DNA of 64,000 nt from Candidatus Multivorans sp. (GCA_965262355.1 OZ253534.1:3023670-3087669); one strand, 5' to 3'; numbered from the stretch's first letter, positions 8,637-18,453 are shown. Notes: generated from the letters alone by a model not told the origin. Program-made: numbers and translations.

Positions 8637-9161
8637 ATGTCGATTGCTTCGCCGTCTAAACGAGCGAGACTGATCGTTCTCGCCGTTGGTGTTGCAAGCA
8701 TGTTGGGTCTCGGCGATGGTCCGGCCTTTGCCGGGTTCAAGAATGCCGACACCGATTGGATGAGGGACGGAAAGTACGGCATTTACCTCAAATACCTGAA
8801 TTGGACTCCTAGAGAAACAACATCTGCCGAATACAACCAGTGGGTCGATGCATTCGACGTAGACAGGTTCGTCGAAGCCGTCGAACTGACCGGCGCAAGC
8901 TGGGTCATCTGGGGCCTCGGACGCGTGTGGTTCAACTCGCCCAACGCAACGCTGGACGGCTTTGTGGGTGACTTCACCTCCAACCGTGACCTACCGCTCG
9001 AGATCTCCGCCGCATTGCAGGAACGAGGCATCAAGTTCATGCTGTATGCCGCGGCCGACAAGACGGAATCAGAAAATGACCCTCTTGGAAAGCTCGCCTT
9101 GGGATGGGGCCTCAATAACAGGTACACGAGTACCTATTGTAGTGTCTCCGACATGGGTTGA
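8637..9161 (+). CDS. 5' fragment of giant secreted protein gene (signal peptide + start of GH29-like alpha-L-fucosidase-fold domain), interrupted by IS630 element
   Basis: Signal peptide RLIVLAVGVASMLGLGDGPAFA; DWMRDGKYGIYLKYL and FDVDRFVEAVELTGASWVIWG resemble GH29 N-terminal motifs; the frame is terminated by a TGA inside the IS630 left inverted repeat. Confidence 0.55.
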   Translation: MSIASPSKRARLIVLAVGVASMLGLGDGPAFAGFKNADTDWMRDGKYGIYLKYLNWTPRETTSAEYNQWVDAFDVDRFVEAVELTGASWVIWGLGRVWFNSPNATLDGFVGDFTSNRDLPLEISAALQERGIKFMLYAAADKTESENDPLGKLALGWGLNNRYTSTYCSVSDMG

Positions 9162-10273
9162 CAGTCTCGGGCAAGTTCGTCAGTATTCCGTTCATGTGGG
9201 AACCAGCGGAACGACTTCACATCGAAGAGAGCGATCGAGCGCTTCTCAAGAAATGGGTAGAGGCGCCGACGACGACGCAACGCACCGTCCGGCGTAGCCG
9301 GATCGTGCTCGCTGCGGCGGAGGGCACGGCCAATCGGGCGATTGCGGCGAAACTCGGCGTTTCGCGGCCCACGGTGCTGCTGTGGCGTCGTCGGTTCGCG
9401 GAGGACGGACCTTCGGGGCTGACCAGGGATCGTCCCCGCGGTTGCGGAAAGCCGCCGCTCTCGGAGTCGGTCGTGCGTAAAATGATCGAAGCGACGCTGC
9501 ACGAGAAGCCGCCCGGTCAGACCCACTGGAGCGTGCGTTCGATGGCTCGGGCCCAGGGCATCAGTCCGGCGGCGGTCCAGCGCATCTGGGTGGCGCACGG
9601 GCTGAAGCCCCATCTGGTCAAGACGTTCAAGCTGAGCAACGACCCCAGGTTCGTGGAAAAGCTGCGGGACGTTGTGGGCCTGTACCGGAATCCGCCCGAG
9701 AACGCGCTTGTGTTGTGCGTGGACGAGAAGAGCCAGATCCAGGCTCTGGACCGGACCCAGCCGGGCTTGCCGCTCAAGCGCGGCCGCGCGGGAACGATGA
9801 CCCACGACTACAAGCGCAACGGGACGACGACGTTGTTCGCTGCGCTGAACGTGTTGGAGGGCACGGTGATCGCGGAGTGCATGGGCCGGCAGCGCCACCA
9901 GGAGTTTCTCCGTTTCCTCAAGCGTCTCGACCGTGAGATCCCGAAGCATCTCGACCTGCACCTGATCCTGGACAACTACCAGACCCACAAACACGCCGCC
10001 GTGCGCGCATGGCTGGAGCGAAAGCCTCGCTTCCACTTCCATTTCATTCCGACTTCGTCGCCCTGGCTCAACTTGGTCGAACGCTGGCTGGGCGGTCTGA
10101 CCACGAAGGCGATCCGGCGCGGTGCATTCCAGAGCGTCAACGACCTCGTAAAGACCATCTACGACTACGTGGAGCACAGCAACGAAAACTCCCGGCCGTT
10201 CGTCTGGACGGCCACCGCCGACAGCATCATCGCAAAGGTTACACGTGGTAAAGCCATGTTGGAGACAGTACAC
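9137..10273 (+). mobile_element. IS630-family insertion sequence (1137 bp) with TA target-site duplication
   Basis: Imperfect terminal inverted repeats ttgTAGTGTCTCCgACATGG (left) / rc TAGTGTactgTCTCCaACATGG (right); TA at 9135-9136 and 10274-10275; internal DDE transposase. Confidence 0.7.
9194..10273 (+). CDS. IS630-family DDE transposase (about 360 aa; no stop codon inside the element, continues in frame into host gene)
   Basis: HTH region LHIEESDRALLKKWVEAPTTTQRTVRRSRIVLAAAEG...; DDE core LVLCVDEKSQIQAL...LHLILDNYQTHKH...; last IS codons AML-ETVHY run into the right inverted repeat. Confidence 0.8.
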
Positions 10274-13200
10274 TATGTGAACAATTGGGCGGATGTGCTC
10301 CAAGTCTGGTCCGATCGCTATGCAACAAAAGTGTCGGGCTGGTGGATCGATCATGCCTATCAACGCTATGCCGTTTCGGTGACCGCCCGGGGTGCCTCCA
10401 ATCCGGAGTTCGCGATCTACAGAGATCATCTCCTTTCCGGGAATCCGAACAGCATTGTGGCGTTCAATCACGGTTGGCGGGACCTGGATGCCCACACCCC
10501 CGAAGAGGACTACAGGTCCGGGCACGAACGTGCAATCGCGGAAAGCGTTGCATCTTCCAGATGGTGGCATGGGCTCCAGTGGCACTACCTGTCTCGTCTT
10601 GGTCCTGGCCTTTGGGGGTCGGAGGGTATTCGATATGACACACAGGTCCTGATCGACTACGTCAACGAAAACAACCGGCACGAAGGGGCGAACACTTTCA
10701 GCGTGTTTGTCTACTCGAAGCCGGGCGAGTCGGCTGAGGGTATTGTCAAATCACCGGGGAACCTCAGCAATGCCCAGATCCGGCAACTGTCGGCGCTACG
10801 GGATGCGTCGCTACAGTTCGTGGACGACACGTCGGACGACGTCACCTTCGTCGGGACGTGGGAGCGGATGGACGACGAGCTGGACTTCCGCGGCTCGACC
10901 ACCGGGTCGGATGAGGCGGACGCCCATGCCGAGTTGGCGTTTTCGGGAATCGGCGTGGAGGTGGTCGTGAGGAGAGGTCGGAACGGCGGCCTGGTCGATG
11001 TGGAACTGGATGGCGACGTCGTGTTGGATGATTTCGATACGTACTCGCGGGCGACGGCGTTCAAACAGGTCATCTACACCAACAAGAATCTTGATGCGGG
11101 GTCTCACACGGTACGACTGGTCGCGACCGGCCGAAAGAGCGCCGGCGCGACAGCCGCCGACGCAATGTTGGACAACTTCGCGGTGACCATGGCGGACACA
11201 ATGCGCCCGCGGGTGTTGTCGGTCACGAGCGACGCGTCGCACCCGACGAAGGACTCCTTTACGGTGACGATCGACTTCCTGGAGGATGTCACGGGGCTTC
11301 GGGCGGGAGAAATATCCGTCAGCAACGGCTCCGTCTCGAACTTCGCAGGCTCGGGCGCCAGCTACACGCTCGACATCGCGCCGACCGCGGGCCTGGAGGG
11401 CGAGGTGACGGTTGACGTCCCGGCCAATGCGGTGGTGGACGGAGCGAGCAACGGCAACCTGGAGGGAAGCGAGACTTTCGCCGTGGACACGCGGGTCCCC
11501 GTGATTCAGACGGCGGTGGCGAACCAGGCTGTGCTGACCCTTGTCTACGGCGAGGCGTTGGACCCGCTTTCGGTGCCGCCGGCGAGTGCCTTCACCCTGA
11601 CGGGGGGCGGGGCGCCGCGCACGATTTCGAACGTGGTGGTGAACGGGAGTCGGGTGGTGTTTTCCATTGACCCTCCGGCGTCGTACGGCGAAGCGGGCCT
11701 GCAGGTCGGCTACTCGGCGCCTTCGGGCGGTGCCCTGGTCGACGCACTGGGCAACAAGGTTCCGTCATTCACGAACCAGGCGGTCGCCAACGAATCGCCG
11801 GGCACGACACTTTCCACCGACACATGGATCACCGGTGCGACGGCGTTCTCGGTGCGGGAGGGCGACACGGCGGTGGCGACGCTCACGGCGACGGAAGCGG
11901 CCACTGCTGCTGGGGATCCGGTCTGGTGGATCCCTTCGGGTGCTGCTGGCGGGCCGGACGGCGGCAAGTTCGCTCTCAGTCGCGCCGGCGTGCTCACGTT
12001 TGCCGCGGCGAAGGACTTCGAGGCCCCGGACGACGCGAACGCCGACGGCGGCTACCAAGTCACGGTCCAGTTGAGCGTCGGCGCGTTGACCGCCGCGGCC
12101 GACCTGACGGTGACACTCACCAACCGCAACGAGGCGCCGGTGGCCGATGCACGCGCCGTTCAGCCGATTGTGGCCCAGGGCGCCACGGCGACCCTGAGTG
12201 GTTCGGGGAGCGACCCGGACGCCGACGACACCCTGACCTACGCCTGGACGCAGACGGGCACTCCCGCGGTGGCGCTGTCGGATACGGCGGCCGCCTCCCC
12301 GACCTTCACCGCGCCTTCCAACCTGACTGAGGACACTACGCTGTCGTTCACCCTCCGAGTCGCCGACTCGAGCGGTCTTTATCACGAGGACGCGGTATCG
12401 GTGACGGTGCAAGAAAACCCCCTGCTCACCGCGGCGTTCGAGAACGCGCCGGCCCGCCACGACGGCTCGACACCGTTCGCGGTGGATCTTCGATTCAGCG
12501 ACGAGGTCGCACTTTGGTACTCGGCGTTCACCTCAGGGTTGCTTACAACCACCGGCGGGACGGTGCAGCGCGCGAGCCGTCTGGTGCTGCGTAGCAACAT
12601 TGGATGGCGGATCCCAGTGACGCCGGACGGGGACGGCGACGTGGTGATCACGTTGCCGGCGAACCGCCCCTGCAGTTGGCTGACCGGGGCGTGTGCGCGG
12701 GACGGCCGGAAACTGGCGGTGGCGGCCAGCGTCACGGTGCCCGGTCCGGTGCCCAGTCCGGCGCCCGATATCACCAGCGCGGCGGCGTTCACGGTCCAGG
12801 AAGGCGAGACGGCGGTCGGGACGCTGACGGCGACGGACGCGGACACGCAGGCATCCGGTCTGAGCTGGTCGCTGAGCGGTGGAGCGGACCAGGCGAAGTT
12901 CGCCATCACGAGCGCCGGCGCGCTGAGCTTCGCGGGGGTGAAGGACTACGAGGCGCCGGACGACGCCAACACGGACGGCGCCTACCAGGTGACGGTGCAG
13001 GTGAGCGACGGTGGGCGCACGGACACGGCGGATCTGACGGTGACGCTGACGAACGTGAACGAGGCGCCGACGGCGGACGCGGGCCCGGACCAGCCGGGGG
13101 TCGAGCCGGGGGCGCAGGTGACGCTGAGCGGTACGGGGACGGACCCGGACGCCGGCGACACGCTGAGCTACGCGTGGACACAGACGGGTGGGACGAGCGT

Positions 13201-15850
13201 GACGCTGACAGGCGGCGCCACGGCCACGGCGACGTTCACGTTACCGAGCGGGGCGGCCGACGACGACGAATTCACGTTCAAGCTCAAGGTCGCCGATGCC
13301 GCCGGGCTGTCCGCCGAGGACTCGGTGAGGGTGACGGTGCGGGCCGTCGCGTCTACGGACCCCGCAGCGACCGTGGAGGTATTGAACGAGGACTTCGACG
13401 ACGGCGATGCGGACGGGTGGACGGTCTACGACGGAAGCTGGTCGGTCACGGACGGTACGTACGGGGTCAACGGCGGGGGAGAGCGCAAGGCGGTAGCGGC
13501 GGCGATCGACGTTGCGGACTTCGTGCTGGAAGCCGAGGTTCGGGTGAAGTCGAACTCGGGTGATTCGGGGGTGGTATTCCGGGTGAGCGATCCGGGGACC
13601 GGGACCGACAACTACAAGGGCTACTACGTGGGCGTCGCCACCGACTCGTCGCTGGTGTTCGGCAAGGCGAACGCGGGTCGGTGGGAGGAGTTGGACAGGG
13701 AGAATCTGGCGTTCACGTCAGGCCTCTGGTACAGGTTGAAGGTCGTGGCGTCGGGGGCTTCGATCCGAGTCTACGTATCGGACGTGCTCACGATCGAGGC
13801 GACGGACGATACCTACGACAGTGGCGCGATCGGCTTGCGGACGTGGCGCGCCGAGGCGGACTGGGACAACGTTGCCGTTGCGAAGATCCTCGAGGAGGAT
13901 AGCGTCGGATTCCGGGTCACGGCTGCGCCAGGGGAGATCGACGAGGGGGCCGCCACGACGGTGACCGTGGCGACCGTGAACGGTGCGACATTTGCCGAGG
14001 CGCAGGACATCGCCCTCGAGGTGTCGGGGTCTGCGTCGGCGGCCGACTACGAGATGGCCTCGACCGGCTTGACGCTGGCGGCCGGGACGGCAGCGGTGTC
14101 GGTGGAACTGACAGCGGTGGATGACGAGGCCGAGGAGGCTGCGGAGACGGTGACGGTGACGGCGGCACGCGGCGGCTCGGAGATCGGTTCGGCCACGGTG
14201 ACGATCCGGGCCAGCGACGAGGCGGCGGTCGTGGAACCGGCGGCGCCGGAGATCAGCAGCGCGTCGACGTTCTCGGTAGCGGAGGATACGACGGCAGTGG
14301 CCACGCTGGCGGCGACGGACGCGGACACGCAGGCGTCCGGCCTGACGTGGTCGCTGAGCGGTGGAGCGGACCAGGCGAAGTTCGCCATCACGAGCGCCGG
14401 CGCGCTGAGCTTCGCGGAGGCGAAGGACTACGAGGCGCCGGACGACGCCAACACGGACGGCGCCTACCAGGTGACGGTGCAGGTGAGCGACGGTGGGCGC
14501 ACGGACACGGCGGACCTGACCGTGACGCTGACGAACGCGAACGAGGCGCCGACGGCGGACGCGGGCCCGGACCAGCCGGGGGTCGAGCCGGGGGCGCAGG
14601 TGACGCTTGGTGGTACGGGGACGGACCCGGACGCCGGCGACACGCTGAGCTACGCGTGGACGCAGACGGGTGGGACGAGCGTGACGCTGACGGGCGGCGC
14701 CACGGCCACGGCGACGTTCGCGGCGCCGGACGATCTTCCGGCGAGCGAGGAGCTGACGTTCCGGCTGCGGGTCACGGACGCGGGCGGGCTGCACGACGAC
14801 GACACGGTGAGGGTGACGGTCCAGGCGAGCGACGAGTCGTCGTCAACGGAATCGGACGTGGAGTGGGGCGAGCGTCTGCGGGACCGCGACATCGTGCTGC
14901 CCAGCGGCTCGAAGCCCACCGGGCTGTGGTCGGACGGAACCACACTGTGGGTCCTCTCCGAGTGGAACAGCGGGCAGGTGCTGACCTATTCTCTGGCCGA
15001 CGGGACGCGCCTGACCGAGGGCGAGGTCACGCTACCGGACGGCGTCACGCCAGGGAGCAGTAGCTTCCGATTGACCGGAAACGGGTTCCCGGCAGGGCTG
15101 TGGTCGGACGGCACCACGCTGTGGGTGGCGGATTATTTTGGCGGCGTACGCGCGTACCGGCTGGCTGACGGCGCCCGCCTGGAGACCGATGACCTGCCCG
15201 ACGACGTGCTGGCGGCGGCGGGCAACAGTGCTCCGACGGGGCTGTGGTCGGACGGCGAGTTCTTGTGGGTGACCGACCACTGGCAATACCAAGTGTTTGC
15301 CTACCGGCTCTCCGACAAGGCGCGGGTGGCGGACGAGGAGTTCGAGCTGTGGGACGGCCTCACGCCGTACGGAGGTTTCGGGCTGTGGTCGGATGGCGAG
15401 ACGGCGCTGGTCGGCCCATCATTCTACGCTCGCGTGCTCGCTCATTCGCTGGCGACCGGCGAGCAACAGGCGGAACGGACCGTGGACCTCTCGGCGGACG
15501 GTGTCCGCAGGTCGAACGGGCTGTGGTCGGACGGCGAGACGCTGTGGGTGGCGAACGAACGTCACAACCGCATCTACGCCTACGCCGTACCGGGACTTCG
15601 CCGAGCCAGCGCGCGGAATGCCCTCCGAACCCAATCGGAGGACTTAGGCGTGCGGGTGCAGACAGAGACGCGTGGGAAGGAGGTGTCTGTGGGCGAATCG
15701 ACGGCGGACACGCCCGCTGCCATTCCCGACCCGGTGCTGAGCGCGTTGATCGCCCCGGCGCTGGGCAAGGAGTCGGGCGAGCCGATCAGCTTGCGCGAGA
15801 TTGCGGCCTTGACCATGGAGAAGCGGGCGCCGCAGTTCACCGGGCGCTGA
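10274..15850 (+). CDS. 3' portion (about 1,858 codons) of the giant secreted protein. Domains: rest of the GH29-like fold, a lectin-like module, a cadherin-like plus PKD-like module, a DUF1080/ConA-like domain, a Calx-beta domain, a second cadherin-like plus PKD-like module, a 5-repeat beta-propeller-like region (GLWSDGxTLWV), and a crotonase-like tail
   Basis: Cadherin-like WSLSGGADQAKFAITSAGALSF...DYEAPDDANTDGAYQVTVQVSDGG...LTVTLTNVNEAP; PKD-like DTLSYAWTQTGG; DUF1080-like DGWTVYDGSWSVTDGTY...IRVYV; five GLWSDG.TLWV repeats; ends EIAALTMEKRAPQFTGR. Confidence 0.7.
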   Translation, partial: YVNNWADVLQVWSDRYATKVSGWWIDHAYQRYAVSVTARGASNPEFAIYRDHLLSGNPNSIVAFNHGWRDLDAHTPEEDYRSGHERAIAESVASSRWWHGLQWHYLSRLGPGLWGSEGIRYDTQVLIDYVNENNRHEGANTFSVFVYSKPGESAEGIVKSPGNLSNAQIRQLSALRDASLQFVDDTSDDVTFVGTWERMDDELDFRGSTTGSDEADAHAELAFSGIGVEVVVRRGRNGGLVDVELDGDVVLDDFDTYSRATAFKQVIYTNKNLDAGSHTVRLVATGRKSAGATAADAMLDNFAVTMADTMRPRVLSVTSDASHPTKDSFTVTIDFLEDVTGLRAGEISVSNGSVSNFAGSGASYTLDIAPTAGLEGEVTVDVPANAVVDGASNGNLEGSETFAVDTRVPVIQTAVANQAVLTLVYGEALDPLSVPPASAFTLTGGGAPRTISNVVVNGSRVVFSIDPPASYGEAGLQVGYSAPSGGALVDALGNKVPSFTNQAVANESPGTTLSTDTWITGATAFSVREGDTAVATLTATEAATAAGDPVWWIPSGAAGGPDGGKFALSRAGVLTFAAAKDFEAPDDANADGGYQVTVQLSVGALTAAADLTVTLTNRNEAPVADARAVQPIVAQGATATLSGSGSDPDADDTLTYAWTQTGTPAVALSDTAAASPTFTAPSNLTEDTTLSFTLRVADSSGLYHEDAVSVTVQENPLLTAAFENAPARHDGSTPFAVDLRFSDEVALWYSAFTSGLLTTTGGTVQRASRLVLRSNIGWRIPVTPDGDGDVVITLPANRPCSWLTGACARDGRKLAVAASVTVPGPVPSPAPDITSAAAFTVQEGETAVGTLTATDADTQASGLSWSLSGGADQAKFAITSAGALSFAGVKDYEAPDDANTDGAYQVTVQVSDGGRTDTADLTVTLTNVNEAPTADAGPDQPGVEPGAQVTLSGTGTDPDAGDTLSYAWTQTGGTSVTLTGGATATATFTLPSGAADDDEFTFKLKVADAAGLSAEDSVRVTVRAVASTDPAATVEVLNEDFDDGDADGWTVYDGSWSVTDGTYGVNGGGERKAVAAAIDVADFVLEAEVRVKSNSGDSGVVFRVSDPGTGTDNYKGYYVGVATDSSLVFGKANAGRWEELDRENLAFTSGLWYRLKVVASGASIRVYVSDVLTIEATDDTYDSGAIGLRTWRAEADWDNVAVAKILEEDSVGFRVTAAPGEIDEGAATTVTVATVNGATFAEAQDIALEVSGSASAADYEMASTGLTLAAGTAAVSVELTAVDDEAEEAAETVTVTAARGGSEIGSATVTIRASDEAAVVEPAAPEISSASTFSVAEDTTAVATLAATDADTQASGLTWSLSGGADQAKFAITSAGALSFAEAKDYEAPDDANTDGAYQVTVQVSDGGRTDTADLTVTLTNANEAPTADAGPDQPGVEPGAQVTLGGTGTDPDAGDTLSYAWTQTGGTSVTLTGGATATATFAAPDDLPASEELTFRLRVTDAGGLHDDDTVRVTVQASDESSSTESDVEWGERLRDRDIVLPSGSKPTGLWSDGTTLWVLSEWNSGQVLTYSLADGTRLTEGEVTLPDGVTPGSSSFRLTGNGFPAGLWSDGTTLWVADYFGGVRAYRLADGARLETDDLPDDVLAAAGNSAPTGLWSDGEFLWVTDHWQYQVFAYRLSDKARVADEEFELWDGLTPYGGFGLWSDGETALVGPSFYARVLAHSLATGEQQAERTVDLSADGVRRSNGLWSDGETLWVANERHNRIYAYAVPGLRRASARNALRTQSEDLGVRVQTETRGKEVSVGESTADTPAAIPDPVLSALIAPALGKESGEPISLREIAALTMEKRAPQFTGR
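12838..13230 (+). repeat. Intragenic direct repeat copy 1 (cadherin-like + PKD-like module), about 97% identical at the DNA level to 14320-14718
   Basis: Near-identical about 390-bp DNA stretches from gacgcggacacgcagg... to ...gccacggcgacgttc. Confidence 0.8.
14320..14718 (+). repeat. Intragenic direct repeat copy 2
   Basis: See copy 1. Confidence 0.8.
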
Positions 15851-15890
15851 GTAATAGGGCGTCGCCGCATGGCGGCGCCTGGGCAGGCAA

Positions 15891-15924
15891 AAGCGCCCGA
15901 AGCTCCTTCGAGCCTCGGGCGCCC
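15891..15924 (+). terminator. GC-rich hairpin terminator after giant gene (homologous to 8140-8166)
   Basis: gcgcccgaagctc-cttc-gagcctcgggcgc. Confidence 0.45.
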
Positions 15925-15980
15925 GGCCGCATTGTGTTGTGAGGCGGCACCCTGCAAGGCGCCGCGGAGCGGCGACGGCT

Positions 15981-16673
15981 TTAGAACGAGAAGCCGATCC
16001 CGGCGAGGAAGTCGACCGGCTGTTCCGGCAGGGCGTCGCTGTCCAGGGCGTCGATGTAGCTGACGAACGCCGACCAGGCACCACCGGAAAGGCCGAAGGT
16101 GACGTTGCCGTCGTACATGCCGCCGGCGAGGCCGTCGTAGGCGGCGGCGAAGTCGTCGCCGGCGTAGCCGGCCGAGATCGAGACGCTCCAGGCCAGCGCG
16201 CCGCTGGCGTCGCCGCCGAACGAGACGCCGAAGTTGGCGTAGAAGTCCTTGACCTCGTCGATGTCGTAGTAGAGCGCAACGCTGGGCGAGGCGGTGATGT
16301 CCCAGCCGATCGTGGCGTAGACCTCGCGGGTGCCGGCGAACGGCGTGTTCGGGAACAGGTACTCGATGAAGCCGACCTCGGCCGAGACCGCGTCCGTGCC
16401 GAAGCCGTAGGAGGCCGTGAGATCGATCTCGTTGAACTCACCGCTCATGTCGTTCGCGTCGTCGATGTCGAGGTTGCCCCAGACGTTGATGGCGAAACCG
16501 CTGTCGTTCGAGGCGGTGACGGAGGGCTGGAACACCGCGCCGTCGGTGAAGGTGATGCCGCGCCAGACGTAGGCCGACGCGAAGTCGAGGGCGTATTCAG
16601 CGTCGGCCGACGCCGGGGCGGCGGCGAGGCTGAGCAGTGCGAGTAGAACGAAGATTGCGGATTTCCGGATCAT
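15981..16673 (-). CDS. Outer-membrane beta-barrel protein (signal peptide, C-terminal Phe)
   Basis: MIRKSAIFVLLALLSLAAAPASA; alternating amphipathic strands; ends ...GIGFSF. Confidence 0.6.
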   Translation of the reverse strand: MIRKSAIFVLLALLSLAAAPASADAEYALDFASAYVWRGITFTDGAVFQPSVTASNDSGFAINVWGNLDIDDANDMSGEFNEIDLTASYGFGTDAVSAEVGFIEYLFPNTPFAGTREVYATIGWDITASPSVALYYDIDEVKDFYANFGVSFGGDASGALAWSVSISAGYAGDDFAAAYDGLAGGMYDGNVTFGLSGGAWSAFVSYIDALDSDALPEQPVDFLAGIGFSF

Positions 16674-16914
16674 GGGTGACCTCCTTTAGGGCATGGTTGC
16701 CGGTAGCGCGTGGAGCTAGCAACACGGGTGCCAACCGCAGCCGGCGCTGGCTGTTCCGGTGTCAAACCGTTGCTGGTCAAGGGCTTCGACCCCATGGAGT
16801 TGTGGCGCGTCTCGGTGGCCAAGCACACCCGCCCGGACAATTTTGTTGCAGCCGGTATGAAGGGCAGACAAACGTGGGCGTGCAACCACCGCGTACCCAG
16901 TGATTCTGCGCTGC

Positions 16915-18453
16915 TTACAGGGCGTAGCTGTTCGGATCAATGCCGTACTTCTTGATCTTGTAGCCGGTGATCCGCGGCGTGGTGTGCAGCTTGCGCGACG
17001 CGGCCGCGATGTTCCCGCGGGCGCTCTTCAGGGCGTCGCGCAGCAGGTCGCGCTCGTAGTTCTCGACCAGGTAACGGAAGCTGCCCGCCGGCTCGGTGCC
17101 GGAACTCTCCGCGGTTTGAAGGGTCGGCGGCAGGTGGTGCGGGTGGATCGCGTCGTTCCTTGCCACCAGGACCGCGCGTTCGATGCAGCTCTCGAGCTCC
17201 CGCACGTTGCCGGGCCAGTGATAGCTCATCAGCATGTCGATCACGGCGCTCGAGAGCCGGCGCACGTTGGCGCCGTTGGCGCGCGTGTAGCGCTCCAGGA
17301 AGAAGTCGGCCAATTGGACGATGTCCGACTTGCGTTTGCGCAGCGGCGGCACGTGGATGGGGAACACGTTCAGGCGGTAGAACAGGTCCTCCCGGAATCC
17401 GCCGTGCGCGGTCATGTCGGACAGGTTCTTGTTGGTGGCGGCGATGATCCGCACGTCCGCCTTCAGGGTGCGGCTGCCGCCGACTCGTTCGAACTCCCGC
17501 TCCTGCAGCACCCGCAGCATCTTGATCTGGATCAGCAGGGGTACGTCGCCAACCTCGTCGAGGAAGATGGTGCCGGTGTGGGCCAACTCGAAGCGGCCCT
17601 TGCGTTGGTTGATCGCACCGGTGAAGGCGCCGCGCTCGTGGCCGAACAGCTCGCTCTCGATCACGCTCTCGGGCAGCGCCGCGCAGTGGACCTTGACGAA
17701 GGGCCGGGTGGCGCGGGCGCTGCTGTAGTGGATCGCCTGCGCCACGAGCTCCTTGCCGGTGCCCGTCTCGCCGGTGATCAGGACGCTCGTGTTGCTGCCG
17801 GAGACGGTGGCGATCTGGTCGTACACCTCCTGCATCTCGTGCGAGTTGCCGACGATGTTGGCGGGGCGGAAGCGGTCGCGGAGTTGGGCGCGCAGGCGCT
17901 CGTTCTCCTCCTCGAGCTGCTCCTTCTCCTCCTCGGCGGTGCGGCGCAGCTTGACCGCCTGGGCGATCAGGGCGCCGGCGATCAGAAGCACGCGGACGTC
18001 CCCGTTCAGATCGTGGTCCGGGTCGTAGACCCGATCGACGCTGAGCGCGCCGTAGGTCTCGTTGCCCGTTCGAATGGGTACGCACAGGAAGGAGACCTCC
18101 GCGCTCTTGCCGCGACGGGTGCGGTCGAGGAAGGTCTCGGACTCACTCGTCTTCGGGATCACTTCCGGCTCGCCGGTCTCGATCACCTTGCCGGTGATGC
18201 CCTCGCCCAGGCGATAGCGGACCTGGGAAATCTGCTGGCCGGTCAAGCCGTGGGCGACCTCGATGTGGATGTCGCCGGTCTTGCGGTTCAGCAGCGTGAT
18301 CGTGCCGTGCTTCAGATTCAGGTGCTCGGCCAGCGTTGAGAGCGCAGGCTGGGTCACGTCACGCAGATCGAGACTGCCGCTGAGCGTCTGGCTCAGCCGG
18401 TAGAGGAGTTCCAGTTCCCTGGGTTCGCGCGAGTTCACAACTGTCCAGCCCAT
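16915..18453 (-). CDS. Sigma-54-dependent transcriptional activator (GAF - AAA+ - Fis-type HTH; NifA-like architecture)
   Basis: Walker A ITGETGTGKE, GAFTGA sigma-54 contact motif, ESELFGHE, C-terminal HTH; N-terminal GAF. Confidence 0.85.
   Translation of the reverse strand: MGWTVVNSREPRELELLYRLSQTLSGSLDLRDVTQPALSTLAEHLNLKHGTITLLNRKTGDIHIEVAHGLTGQQISQVRYRLGEGITGKVIETGEPEVIPKTSESETFLDRTRRGKSAEVSFLCVPIRTGNETYGALSVDRVYDPDHDLNGDVRVLLIAGALIAQAVKLRRTAEEEKEQLEEENERLRAQLRDRFRPANIVGNSHEMQEVYDQIATVSGSNTSVLITGETGTGKELVAQAIHYSSARATRPFVKVHCAALPESVIESELFGHERGAFTGAINQRKGRFELAHTGTIFLDEVGDVPLLIQIKMLRVLQEREFERVGGSRTLKADVRIIAATNKNLSDMTAHGGFREDLFYRLNVFPIHVPPLRKRKSDIVQLADFFLERYTRANGANVRRLSSAVIDMLMSYHWPGNVRELESCIERAVLVARNDAIHPHHLPPTLQTAESSGTEPAGSFRYLVENYERDLLRDALKSARGNIAAASRKLHTTPRITGYKIKKYGIDPNSYAL

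Noticed and set aside
11800-14800. Possible CRISPR-like or tandem-repeat array in the repetitive region
   Set aside because: The repeats are long (about 390 bp), lie in one reading frame and encode cadherin/PKD modules. There is no short repeat-spacer periodicity.
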